Shown here one piece after another: positions 46,097-55,536 of a stretch of DNA of 64,000 nt. The notes beneath the pieces were generated by a model, which did not search any database, was not told the origin of the DNA, and saw only the letters and a list, made by a program, of their open reading frames with translations. Origin of the DNA: Dehalococcoidia bacterium (GTDB taxonomy: Bacteria > Chloroflexota > Dehalococcoidia > Lucifugimonadales > UBA2985); the NCBI GenBank assembly GCA_034421015.1, contig DAOUKT010000024.1:16404-80403 (forward strand). Direction: 5' to 3'. The translations under genes and the position numbers were made by a program. The number at the start of each line of letters is the position of its first letter. Position 1 is the first letter of the stretch.

Positions 46097-47049
46097 GGCG
46101 CAACTCCCAGCTTGGCCCTGCCGGCGACGTAGTACGGCTCCTCCAACTCCGATTCGCCGTTCCACAATCTCCCGATGAACAGCATTGTGACTGCGAAAAA
46201 CAGGATCGCCGCGACCAGGTGCGCTGCCCTGATTTCGTTGGGGAGCTGCAGAAGGACGTTTCCCATGCCAAGGGCTATCTGCACGGTCAGCAGGGCCGCA
46301 GCCAGCGATGTCGCCTGCTTCACGCCGATATGACCCAGCCTGCGCGCCCTGACAAACGCCACCAGCATTACCACGCCAACGGTGAACGCGGCCACCCTGT
46401 GGGCCATGTGGACCCACTGCACAGGCGCATTGCCCGCCAGTGAGGTCCCACAGAACGGTATCGATGTGCAGGCCAGGGACGCCCCCTCGGTCCGGGTGAC
46501 GTAGGCGCCCGAGAGAATCACAATAAAGGCGGCGGCCGCCAGAAGTACGATGAGCCGCCGGAGGCCGTCCCACGTGCCGTCAAGTTCCATATCTATAGTC
46601 TGAGGTCTCACCGGAGACATCGTCCTGGCAACCACGACCGCAAGCACTCCAACCAGGCTTGTGGCGATTGCTGTGTGTATGAGGGCCACCAGCGGGCTTA
46701 TCTCGGACAGCACGGTGTAGGCCCCGAATCCGGCCTGGACTACAATCAGCACAGCCGAGACCACAACCAGGTGCATTGTGACGCCGCGCGTCCCGAAGCG
46801 GGCGAAGGCCGACGCCACCATGAGGACGGTGAAAAGCCCGGCTACGGCCGCCGAAAGCCTGTGGATGTACTCCAACCAGGACTCCAGCACCCACGGAGGA
46901 ATCACCTGGCCGTAGCACAGGGGCCAGTCCGGGCAGCCCAGACCGGAGCCTGTCACCCGGACAACGCCTCCCATGGTCACCGCCAGCAGCGAACTGACCA
47001 GGGTGGCCAGCGCCATCGCCGGAAACATACGCTTCAGTACCATCCCCAT
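46093..47049 (-). CDS. ctaA: Heme A synthase (COX15/CtaA)
   Basis: 318 aa and polytopic, with TGSGLGCPDWPLCYG and conserved His in TM helices. Confidence 0.85.
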   Translation of the reverse strand: MGMVLKRMFPAMALATLVSSLLAVTMGGVVRVTGSGLGCPDWPLCYGQVIPPWVLESWLEYIHRLSAAVAGLFTVLMVASAFARFGTRGVTMHLVVVSAVLIVVQAGFGAYTVLSEISPLVALIHTAIATSLVGVLAVVVARTMSPVRPQTIDMELDGTWDGLRRLIVLLAAAAFIVILSGAYVTRTEGASLACTSIPFCGTSLAGNAPVQWVHMAHRVAAFTVGVVMLVAFVRARRLGHIGVKQATSLAAALLTVQIALGMGNVLLQLPNEIRAAHLVAAILFFAVTMLFIGRLWNGESELEEPYYVAGRAKLGVAP

Positions 47050-47161
47050 TTCCAGTTTCTAGCTTCTCCCCTATCTTGCCCCGACCTCACCGGAGGCCGG
47101 TGTCCATGTTTCGCAACGGAGGGCCTCGGCAGGCCCCAGCGAAGTATCGCTCAACACCCCA

Positions 47162-48037
47162 TTAGGAGGTCGGTTGAAATTCCGGGATTTGTTCCCGCTC
47201 CTCTCTGTAGAACCACCTCAGGAAAAGGATGCAGATGGCCGGCAGGAACACCGACAGCCAGGACACCTTCATGATGATCCCGCCCATCTGCTGGTCGGCC
47301 AGCGGGGGGATGTCCCAAATCCTGGGCGTAGTCTCATAGAACGGGTAGAGCACGTCGTTGGAAAAGGTCAGAGCGGCGAATAGCGGCGTCTGTGAAATGG
47401 ACAAGGCCACCAGATAGAGAATCTGGGCCGGATACGATATGCGCGGCGCCTCCGGCAAGGGGCTCAGCACAGGCCACCAGGCGATCACCGCTGCGGACAT
47501 GAACAGCAGATGTTCGATTATGTGTACCGGATGTTCTTTCAGCGCGCCCTCGTAGAAGATGGGGAAATGCCACAGGTTCAGGACAACGTTGAAGATCAGA
47601 AACGCCGCCAGGGGCTTGGTGACGAACCTGCCCGCGCGAAGCACAAGGTTGTTCCTCACCAGCGGACGCAGCAACCAGGGCGGCGTTCCCATTAGAAGCA
47701 ACGGCGGGACCACGAGGGTGATGAGGGAGTGCTGCACCATGTGGGCACTGAACAGGTAGTTGTCGCTCAGCTCGTGGATGGGACCGGCAAGGGAGAACAG
47801 CATTACGGCAACGGCCGTTATGAACGAAGCCATCTGCCACCCGCTGGGCCCGGCCTCGTCCGGTCCGGCCAGCCGGTACCGAAGGGGGCCTGTGTACAGC
47901 AGGTACAGGCCCAGGAACAGCAACAGGCCGGAGTACAGGTCCGGGTGCCAGTGCCACTCCCACCAGGAAAAATTCTCCTGGCGTTGAACGGCCTGTGCGA
48001 CCACAAGTGATGTTGTTTCGGGAACTGCTTGCCACAT
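47162..48037 (-). CDS. ctaG: Cytochrome c oxidase assembly factor CtaG (caa3 type)
   Basis: 291 aa and polytopic, with WHWHPD, SAHMVQHSLITLVVPPLLL and IIEHLLFMSA. Confidence 0.8.
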   Translation of the reverse strand: MWQAVPETTSLVVAQAVQRQENFSWWEWHWHPDLYSGLLLFLGLYLLYTGPLRYRLAGPDEAGPSGWQMASFITAVAVMLFSLAGPIHELSDNYLFSAHMVQHSLITLVVPPLLLMGTPPWLLRPLVRNNLVLRAGRFVTKPLAAFLIFNVVLNLWHFPIFYEGALKEHPVHIIEHLLFMSAAVIAWWPVLSPLPEAPRISYPAQILYLVALSISQTPLFAALTFSNDVLYPFYETTPRIWDIPPLADQQMGGIIMKVSWLSVFLPAICILFLRWFYREEREQIPEFQPTS

Positions 48038-48122
48038 CTCAGGAACTCCGAGGTCTCCCCATATTATACGACAGCCAGCCCGCGATTGTGGGCCCGGATG
48101 GAGTCATGGAGACTAGCGCCTG

Positions 48123-48905
48123 CTAGGGTGAAACCTCGAATGTCCCGAACATGGTCAGGTTGTGACCGGGGAACGTGCAGACGAACTCGTAGTTGCCCGC
48201 GTCCGGCGCCGTAAACGTCACCTCTCCAACCTCGCCCGCATTGAGCAGGCGGACGCTGGCAATCACGTTGGGATCGTCCGGGTCCAGCCAGTTCTCCGGA
48301 TGAGTCACGCCGGCTGCGGCAACGTCGTCCTTGGTCCCGCTCTGGACCAGGACCCAGTTGTGTTGCTGGGTCACGGCGTTGTTGTTGAACCGGAGGATGA
48401 CCTCCTGACCCGCCGTAGCCGTCAGGGAGTCCATGTCAAACTGCAGGTCGTCGCTGGCGGCAGAGCCAATCTCGTGGGTGAAGTTTGCCGACAGCGCGTC
48501 GGTCATCTGCGTGTCCGTTCCGGCATCGGTTGTTGTGTCCGTTCCCGTCGCGTCAGTCCCGTGATCACCCACCGCAGTATCATCCGGCACCGCAACCACA
48601 ATCCTCTCGCCGGAGACTATGGCGAACAGGGCCATCAGCGCCAGAATCACGGAGGTTGCAAGCGCCAGCCCTCCAACGAAGAACCATGAGAAGAGCCTGC
48701 TGTCAAACTTGAGGTGCATGTAGAACATCGCCACCATCGCGAACTTGACGGCGGAGAGTATCAGGAACATGGGCACCACGACGCCCTCCAGCGCCTCAAT
48801 GTAGAAGATGACGAACTCAATGGCAGTGATTATTGCCAGGAGCGACGCCACCTTGGCGTAGGTCATCGGGGTGGGATGGCCGGTCGCGTGGGCGCTACTC
48901 TCCAT
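48123..48905 (-). CDS. Cytochrome c oxidase subunit IV-like membrane domain fused to an azurin/auracyanin-like cupredoxin
   Basis: 260 aa. The N-terminal roughly 100 aa (three TM helices, KFAMVAMFYMHLKFD) resemble prokaryotic COX4. After a D/T-rich linker, the C-terminus carries type-1 Cu ligands QQHNWVL and FVCTFPGHNLTMFG. Confidence 0.75.
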   Translation of the reverse strand: MESSAHATGHPTPMTYAKVASLLAIITAIEFVIFYIEALEGVVVPMFLILSAVKFAMVAMFYMHLKFDSRLFSWFFVGGLALATSVILALMALFAIVSGERIVVAVPDDTAVGDHGTDATGTDTTTDAGTDTQMTDALSANFTHEIGSAASDDLQFDMDSLTATAGQEVILRFNNNAVTQQHNWVLVQSGTKDDVAAAGVTHPENWLDPDDPNVIASVRLLNAGEVGEVTFTAPDAGNYEFVCTFPGHNLTMFGTFEVSP

Positions 48906-48945
48906 TAGCTCATCTCCTCAACAAGACGCCTTCCATTGGCAGATG

Positions 48946-49575
48946 TCATCCGTTGGCCGCTCCTGGCGCGTTGGCTACTCCAATCAGGTATATGGCGGTG
49001 AATATCACAATCCACACAACGTCCACAAAGTGCCAGTACAGGGCGGCTATGTCTACGCTCAAACCCTCCTGGGGTGTCAGGTCGCCCTTGAAGGAGTATC
49101 CGAACAGCGAGAGTAGCCAGACCACTCCAACCGTCACGTGCGCTCCGTGGAACCCCGTCAGCGTGAAAAACGTGCTCCCGAACAGGTTGGTCCGGGGCGT
49201 AAGGCCGTGGAAAGCGAACTCACGGAACTCAAAGAACTGGAAGCCCAGGAAGGTGGCTCCAAGGATAGCCGTGCATAGAATCCAGATCCGGAAGTTCCGT
49301 ACGTTGCCCCTGCGTATGTTGGAGTAGGCCATCACCATTGAGAAGCTGCTCATCAGCAGCACGAAGGTGCTCACGGTGGTGGTGGGGATGTCCAGGATCT
49401 GGTCGACCGTGGGGCCGGATACGCTCTGGCCGTAGTAGATCAGATAGGTAGCGATGAGGGAGCCAAAGAACATGCACTCGGAGCCAAGGAAGACCCAAAT
49501 GAGCATCTTCCGGTGGTCGATGCCGGTGGTCGTTGCGTGTTCCGGGCTATGCTCCATGGATTGAGCGTGTTCCAA
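48946..49575 (-). CDS. ctaE: Cytochrome c oxidase subunit III
   Basis: 209 aa with FLGSECMFFGSLIATY, GFHGAHVTVGV and YWHFVDVVWI. Confidence 0.9.
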   Translation of the reverse strand: MEHAQSMEHSPEHATTTGIDHRKMLIWVFLGSECMFFGSLIATYLIYYGQSVSGPTVDQILDIPTTTVSTFVLLMSSFSMVMAYSNIRRGNVRNFRIWILCTAILGATFLGFQFFEFREFAFHGLTPRTNLFGSTFFTLTGFHGAHVTVGVVWLLSLFGYSFKGDLTPQEGLSVDIAALYWHFVDVVWIVIFTAIYLIGVANAPGAANG

Positions 49576-49601
49576 CTTGCTTGTCTCCCTCCAGGTTTAT
49601 C

Positions 49602-51470
49602 TCAGTGCCCGTCCGATTTTGAAGCCGGCTCCATTGCCCAGGCATATATGCCGAACATCGTGATGACGACTCCCACAATGGCAATGGCGGCTCCCAGGAC
49701 CTGGCCGGGCTCGTGGAAGACCATGCCGTAGCCCGCCACGGCCAGGCCAATGGCGGCCACCAGAGGCAGGTACGAAGGGCTGGGCATGTGGATGTCGTGA
49801 CCCTCCTCTGAGTCGTGCTCCTGGTCATCGCTGGCGCCCTGGGGCACCGCGTGGCCGTTCGCGTATTTCTGCTCCCAGAAAGCGTCCCTGCTGTGCACCG
49901 TGGGTATGGTAGCGAAGTTGTACTCGGGAGGAGGCGACGGTATCGACCACTCCAGAGTCCTGCCGTCCCAGGGATCGTTTCCGGCCTTCTCACCCCTGCG
50001 GAGGCTCCAGAAGAAGTTGTGCAGGAAGATGAGCACTCCGAACACTATGATGATGGTTCCAACCGTGGCCACCATGTTCCACAGGTCCCAGCCCATGCTG
50101 GACTCGTATGTGGGCTGCCTGCGGGGCATCCCGTCCATGCCCAGGAAGTGCATCGGGAAGAAGGCCACGTTGAAGCCGATGAACGTCACCCAGAAGTTTA
50201 GCTGGCCCAGCTTCTCGTCCAGAAGCCGGCCGGTGGCCTTGGGGAACCAGTAGTAGATCCCCGCGAAGATGGCGAATATGCTGCCGCCGAACAGGACGTA
50301 GTGAATGTGAGCCACAATGAAGTACGTGTCCTGTTGCTGGGCGTCGGAAGGCGCGATGGAGTGCATAACGCCGCTCAGGCCCCCGACGATGAACACGAAG
50401 ATGAATCCGATCGCGTACATCATAGATGTGTTGAGCTTGACTGAGCCGCCCCACATCGTGCCAATCCAGTTGAATATCTTGATGCCTGTGGGAATGGCAA
50501 TCGCCATTGTCGTCAGGGCGAACACGGAGTTGGCGACCGGCCCCAGTCCCACGGTGAACATGTGGTGGCTCCAGACCGCCCATCCCATGAAGCCGATGGT
50601 GATGCCGGAGAGGACCACAATCGGATACCCGAAAAGGGGCTTGCGGGAGAAGGTGGGCAGGACCTCGGAGATAATGCCCATTGCCGGGAGAATCAGGATG
50701 TAGACCTCCGGGTGACCAAAGACCCAGAAGAGGTGCTGCCACAGCACCACGTCTGCGCCAGCCTCCGTGTTGAAGAAGTTCATACCGAACTCGCGGTCGA
50801 AGTAGAGCTCAACCAGGCCGACCGTGATGACCGGAAACGCAGTTATCAGAAGGAACGACGTGACAAGGGTCATCCAGATGAAGACGGGCATTCGCATCAG
50901 GGTCATGCCGGGCGCCCTCATGTTGATGATGGTGACGATGAAGTTGAGGGCCGCGGCCACCGAGGACACTCCCAACACGCCCAAGCCCAGCAGGTAGAAG
51001 TCCATCCCAGGGCCGGTGTTGACGCCGGGCCCGGTCAGCGGGGCGTAGGCGAACCATCCCGCGTTGGGCGAGCCGCCTACTATCCATCCGGACTGCAGCA
51101 GGATGGCCCCGAACAGGAACACCCAGTAGCTGAAGGCGTTGAGCCGCGGGAACGCCACGTCCCTTGCGCCGATCATCAGGGGAACCACAAGGTTGAAGAA
51201 GGCCGCGCTCAGAGGCATGACGGCCAGGAAAATCATCGTGAGGGCGTGCATGGTGAACAGCTGGGTGAAGACCTCGGGGCTGACCAGCCCGTGCTCCGGC
51301 CTTGCCAGCTGCAGACGCATGATGGTGGCTTCGATGCCGCCTATCAGGAAGAATATGAAGGCGGTCACCCCGTACAGGGCGCCAATCCTCTTGTGATCGA
51401 CAGTTGTGATCCAACTCCACAGCCCGGTGCTGCTGGCTGGTTTCTGTTGAACTCCTAGCGTCGCTGCCAT
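49602..51470 (-). CDS. ctaD: Cytochrome c oxidase subunit I
   Basis: 622 aa with WFFGHPEVY-type LFWVFGHPEVYILILP, HHMFTVG and the heme/CuB His ligands. Confidence 0.95.
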   Translation of the reverse strand: MAATLGVQQKPASSTGLWSWITTVDHKRIGALYGVTAFIFFLIGGIEATIMRLQLARPEHGLVSPEVFTQLFTMHALTMIFLAVMPLSAAFFNLVVPLMIGARDVAFPRLNAFSYWVFLFGAILLQSGWIVGGSPNAGWFAYAPLTGPGVNTGPGMDFYLLGLGVLGVSSVAAALNFIVTIINMRAPGMTLMRMPVFIWMTLVTSFLLITAFPVITVGLVELYFDREFGMNFFNTEAGADVVLWQHLFWVFGHPEVYILILPAMGIISEVLPTFSRKPLFGYPIVVLSGITIGFMGWAVWSHHMFTVGLGPVANSVFALTTMAIAIPTGIKIFNWIGTMWGGSVKLNTSMMYAIGFIFVFIVGGLSGVMHSIAPSDAQQQDTYFIVAHIHYVLFGGSIFAIFAGIYYWFPKATGRLLDEKLGQLNFWVTFIGFNVAFFPMHFLGMDGMPRRQPTYESSMGWDLWNMVATVGTIIIVFGVLIFLHNFFWSLRRGEKAGNDPWDGRTLEWSIPSPPPEYNFATIPTVHSRDAFWEQKYANGHAVPQGASDDQEHDSEEGHDIHMPSPSYLPLVAAIGLAVAGYGMVFHEPGQVLGAAIAIVGVVITMFGIYAWAMEPASKSDGH

Positions 51471-51546
51471 CTCAGGCCTCCGCCGTGATTGATTACGGGC
51501 GTCGCCCGTACTTTCAGAGCATTATACATCAAGTGCGCCTTCCGCT

Positions 51547-52662
51547 TCACTCCAGGCTCAGGAGATACGCCACCAGTTCCGTGATCTCGGAGTCTGTAAG
51601 GGCCAGGTCCGGGTCGTTGTAGGCGGCCGCGTGCCTGGACATCAGGTTGCCCGGCTTCACCTGCTCGGGGTCCTCAAGCCACTCGCGCAGGCTCTCCGCA
51701 TTGAGGTCTCGGATACCGGCGGCCATGGTCGAGCGGCTGGCAAGGTGCGCCAGGTTGGGGCCCTCAACGTAGAGCACTTCGCCCGGCTCATAGTCCTTGC
51801 TGTACGCCCTGTCCGTGATGTTCGCATACGTCGCAGGAATTATGCCGGAGTGGCAAAGGGTGCAGCCCTTCTGGGCAAATACGTTGAAGCCCGCCCTGGG
51901 CAGGATATCGGCGGCCGTGTCGCCGGGAGCGGCCGCGGCGGCCAGCTGCGACTCGGTCCACGCATCGAATTCCTCCTGGGTTTGCACGAAGACGCGGAAC
52001 CTCATCCAGGCGTGGGATTCGCCGCAGTGCTCGGCGCACTGCCCGAAATACTCGCCCGGGGTTTCCCCTTCAAACCACATTGTAAGGTTCTTTCCGGGTA
52101 TGATGTCCAGCTTGCCGGCCAGCTTGGGGATCCAGAAGCTGTGGAGAACGTCGCTTGAAGTCAGGTTGACCTCAATCACCGTATCCTCCGGCACGTGAAT
52201 CTCATTGGCCGTGTGGACGCCGGAGTCGGGGTACTCAATCTCCCACCACCACTGGTGGGCCGTCACGTTGACCTCCATGACATCCCCGGACGGGGTGTCG
52301 GAGATATAGAATTGCGTTGCCACGGTGGGAACCGCCACAATGGCCAGAACAACCGCCGGGGCGATGGTCCAGGCCACCTCCAGCTTGGTGTTGCCGTGGG
52401 TCTGCTCCGGGATCCGGTCGTCCTTGCGCCGGAAGCGGAACACCGTGTACAGGAGGGCGCCGCCGACCACAACCATAACGAACAGCGCGGCGTAGAAGAT
52501 AATCCAGAAGAGCTGCATCTGCCGCTCGGCGACGGGGCCTTGAGGGTCGAAGGTGGACTGGGGATGGCCGGGGGAAGTGAACTGGCATCCCGCCAGAAGG
52601 ACGATACCAAGAAGTGCGACTAAGGAAGCGAATAATACAGCCGATCTACGTTGAGAAGTCAC
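51547..52662 (-). CDS. ctaC: Cytochrome c oxidase subunit II with C-terminal cytochrome c domain (caa3 type)
   Basis: 371 aa with lipobox LLAGCQF, CuA site HSFWIP...CAEHCGESHAWM and a C-terminal heme c site CTLCHSG. Confidence 0.9.
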   Translation of the reverse strand: MTSQRRSAVLFASLVALLGIVLLAGCQFTSPGHPQSTFDPQGPVAERQMQLFWIIFYAALFVMVVVGGALLYTVFRFRRKDDRIPEQTHGNTKLEVAWTIAPAVVLAIVAVPTVATQFYISDTPSGDVMEVNVTAHQWWWEIEYPDSGVHTANEIHVPEDTVIEVNLTSSDVLHSFWIPKLAGKLDIIPGKNLTMWFEGETPGEYFGQCAEHCGESHAWMRFRVFVQTQEEFDAWTESQLAAAAAPGDTAADILPRAGFNVFAQKGCTLCHSGIIPATYANITDRAYSKDYEPGEVLYVEGPNLAHLASRSTMAAGIRDLNAESLREWLEDPEQVKPGNLMSRHAAAYNDPDLALTDSEITELVAYLLSLE

Positions 52663-52914
52663 TCTTTCGTTCCCCTAAAGTTATCGGCCATTTCAAATCT
52701 GCTCACCCGTACCTGCGCCGTAGGGACAAGCCGCTTGTGTCAAGGTTCACATACTCTAGCACAGCGTATTCGCGTTTTCAAGGGGTTTCAGAGGGGAGTC
52801 TACCGCTCATTTTCCAAGTGACGTTCAAGTAACGCTCAAGGCGGCGCTCATCAAACGACTCCGCCCCTGCTTAGCGGAGGCGGAGTCGTTCTTCATCTCG
52901 ACTGTGGCTTGCTG

Positions 52915-53760
52915 CTAGTCACCTACTCCAAGAAAGCCGCGAGTCACCTGGATGAACTCCTCCGGCCTGTCCACGGGCACAACGTGGCCGGCGTCCTCCA
53001 CATCCACGTTGACAAAGAGGGGGTTGGCCTTGCACATGCGGTCAATGATATCGTCGGAGAGCAGCGGGCTGCCCAGGCCGCGCACCTCCATGATGGGGCA
53101 GCGAATGGCCTCAAGGCTCCGCCAGTAGCGGTCGATGGATTCCTGGCTCTCCATGTCGTTCAGGGGCACGGTCAGGAGCAATGGGTCGGCCTTCCACGTC
53201 CACTTGCCGTCGTCCCGCTGCTTCAACCGGTCATCCAGGTCCCTCCGCAGCCTGGCGTCCGTGGCCCAGGGGTTGCCGGCCCGGGAGAATTCCACAGCCG
53301 CGTCGAAGCTGTCGAACTCCAGGGGCGTCGGCGGGCGGGTGCCTCGCAACCGGCGTGACTCCTCGCTGGACTCGGGGCCGATATCGACAATGACGACCCT
53401 CTCCACCTTGTCCGGGTGCTGGGGAGTGTACAGCAGGCTATTCCAGCCGCCCATTGACAGGCCGACCAGGGTCACCTTCTCAAAGCCGAACGCGTCAACG
53501 AATGCGGCCAGGTCGGCAACAAAATTGTCCCTCTCGTAGCCCTCGGTTGTCCACTGGCTTCCGCCGTGGCCCCGCTGGTCCAGAGCGTAGACGTGATAGT
53601 GGTCCGACATGAACTCTGCGAACTCGTCCCAGATGTGGGCCTGGCCTGTGTGGCCGTGCATGCAGATCATGGTCGGCTTGCCCTCTGTCCCCCAGTCCAG
53701 ATACCGGAGCTGGACGTTGTTGACTGTTATGAATTTCTCCTGCGCCTTAACGGTTGTCAT
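52915..53760 (-). CDS. Alpha/beta-fold hydrolase
   Basis: 281 aa with HGHTGQAHIW and nucleophile elbow LVGLSMGG. A C-terminal His lies in DAGHVV. Confidence 0.85.
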   Translation of the reverse strand: MTTVKAQEKFITVNNVQLRYLDWGTEGKPTMICMHGHTGQAHIWDEFAEFMSDHYHVYALDQRGHGGSQWTTEGYERDNFVADLAAFVDAFGFEKVTLVGLSMGGWNSLLYTPQHPDKVERVVIVDIGPESSEESRRLRGTRPPTPLEFDSFDAAVEFSRAGNPWATDARLRRDLDDRLKQRDDGKWTWKADPLLLTVPLNDMESQESIDRYWRSLEAIRCPIMEVRGLGSPLLSDDIIDRMCKANPLFVNVDVEDAGHVVPVDRPEEFIQVTRGFLGVGD

Positions 53761-53963
53761 GTGTACCCCCTACTGCTCGTATGTCTGTGGCGTCGCCCCG
53801 ATCCTGCCTGAACACCGGGGCAAGGCCATTGTATCAGCCCGCAGGTTCCGCCGCCAGACCTGGATTCGTTAACGGGCGAATGCGCCTTTGTGATAGAATT
53901 CCATAAGTTCCAGTTCACGCGCATTTTATCGCCACGCAGACACCGGGCACAGACGGAGGTCAA

Positions 53964-54752
53964 ATGCAGCGCACAGAACCCAAGGTCTCAACACGCACCC
54001 TGATCGGACAGCTCGGCTCCGACGTATCGGACTACACCCGGGGCTGCGCCGCCCTGTCCCTGGGCCAGGCAAAGGAGAAGCGGGCCGTCGACCCGCTGAT
54101 GACTGCGCTGTCAGACGAGTCGCCCTGGGTGCGCGGATGGGCGGCCTACGCTCTGGGCGAGATCCAGGAGCCTCGCACGCTGACCGCCCTGTGCGGCCTG
54201 CTGGGCGACGACGACTACTGGGTGCGGCAGCAGGCCGCCGACGCCGTGGTGCGCTTCGACGGCAAGCTGACCAACAGCGCGCTGCGCAACATCCTGAAGA
54301 GCGACAACCCTATGGCAAAGGCGTGGTCGCTTCACGTAATGGCCCAGAAGGGCGACCCGGAGTCGGCCCTGGACGTTATCCCCGTGCTGGAGGACGGGAG
54401 CCGTGCGGTGCGGCTCAGCGCAGTGCGGACGCTCTATCGCCTGGGGCAGGTCACTGCAGTCGCGCCTGTGCGAATGTTCATGCGCGACCCGGACGAGCAC
54501 CTGCGAGGCGCCGCCGCCTTTGCCCTTGGCGCGCTGGGAGACCACGAGAGCGCCTCCGCCCTGTGCCTTGCCCTCACCGACCCTACGCCCTGGGTCAGGC
54601 GGAACGCCGCCTGGTCACTGCTGGAGCTTGGGGAGTCGCTGCGTCTGGTCGCGTCCATGACGGAGGACCCGGACGCCGGCGTCCGCTGCTTTGCGAACAA
54701 CGCCCTGGACAGGCTGCGACAGGCGGAGAGAGACGGCGGCTCGGCAGACTGA
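53964..54752 (+). CDS. HEAT-repeat (PBS-lyase type) protein
   Basis: 262 aa with repeated D..PWVR..AA.ALGE units, for example SDESPWVRGWAAYALGEI and TDPTPWVRRNAAWSLLEL. Confidence 0.8.
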   Translation: MQRTEPKVSTRTLIGQLGSDVSDYTRGCAALSLGQAKEKRAVDPLMTALSDESPWVRGWAAYALGEIQEPRTLTALCGLLGDDDYWVRQQAADAVVRFDGKLTNSALRNILKSDNPMAKAWSLHVMAQKGDPESALDVIPVLEDGSRAVRLSAVRTLYRLGQVTAVAPVRMFMRDPDEHLRGAAAFALGALGDHESASALCLALTDPTPWVRRNAAWSLLELGESLRLVASMTEDPDAGVRCFANNALDRLRQAERDGGSAD

Positions 54753-54815
54753 GAATTTACCCACCCCTCTAACTCTCCCCTTCCAGGAGACCTTTGAATT
54801 TGGAGGCGGGATGAA

Positions 54816-55238
54816 ATGGAACATAATTTTGAGGCTTTTAGGGTAGCTGCAAGGAACCAGGCTACAGAGACGTTGGTCCGTATGTTGGAAGTGAATGACG
54901 ACGTAAACGGCCTCATAGCCAGACAAGGAATAAACTGGGAGTATGTCAATGAGTACGACCATCTTTATATCGGACTGGGACAGCCGAGAGAGGGGATGGC
55001 GCTCTTTGTAGGAAATCTGATTGCGATTTGCGACCCCGAAACCTTAGAGCTGTTGGGTGTTGAAGTGCCCAATTTTCGGAAGGGAATTGCAGCCGGTACA
55101 CTACAGGCGTTCACACAGGTAGCACAGATCCTGGAATCTCATCCAATCATACGCGTCCTTCCAACGGAGTATGAATTGTCGCCCGCTATACCAGATGTAT
55201 TCGCAGAGGCTATTGGGCGAGAGCTGGTTCCCGCTTAG
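54816..55238 (+). CDS. Hypothetical protein in a low-GC islet
   Basis: 140 aa. The segment DHLYIGLGQP...ETLELLGVEV is loosely DUF2283-like. No confident family. Confidence 0.4.
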   Translation: MEHNFEAFRVAARNQATETLVRMLEVNDDVNGLIARQGINWEYVNEYDHLYIGLGQPREGMALFVGNLIAICDPETLELLGVEVPNFRKGIAAGTLQAFTQVAQILESHPIIRVLPTEYELSPAIPDVFAEAIGRELVPA

Positions 55239-55276
55239 TATCATCTTTGCAACAAAGTCAGCAAGGAGAAGAGAGG

Positions 55277-55316
55277 AATCCCCTTGGTCGGATTGGCTGA
55301 GGGGATTTTTCATTTC
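55277..55316 (+). terminator. Possible intrinsic terminator after 54816..55238
   Basis: Stem aatcccc / ggggatt followed by a T-rich tract (tttcattt). The loop is long (17 nt), so the call is weak. Confidence 0.4.
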
Positions 55317-55459
55317 GGAGTATAAGGGTTACTCAAATGTCGACGGAAATGGCGCTTGGATTCCCGCTTCTGCAAAGGCGACCTCTTCCATCTGCTCCCT
55401 GCATCGTGACGCCATTACAAACATTACGAATCTCTTAATTCTCACTGCGGTTTGCTTCA

Positions 55460-55487
55460 TTGACTGGCGCAGGCAGAGTGATAGAAT
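55460..55487 (+). promoter_or_regulatory. Candidate promoter of valS
   Basis: TTGACT (55460-55465), a 16-nt spacer, then an extended -10 TGATAGAAT (55479-55487). Confidence 0.5.
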
Positions 55488-55536
55488 AGAGGCGTAATCC
55501 GGCAACCATCTCAGAGTAGAGGCAATCTCTTCAAGT

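Noticed and set aside
46097-46573. N-terminal 159 codons of ORF 45182..46573 (ctaB) and the N-terminal extension of ORF 44548..45330 (sco).
   Set aside because: The extensions overlap the upstream genes (ctaA and ctaB) in another frame and are Arg/Gly/Pro-rich. The internal GTG (46096) and TTG (45192) starts give canonical N-termini with stop/start overlap.
49602-51470. The apparent C-terminal extension of CtaD (622 aa) as an unusual fusion.
   Set aside because: Subunit I proteins of this length are known in other Gram-positive-type aa3/caa3 oxidases, so the length alone is not anomalous.
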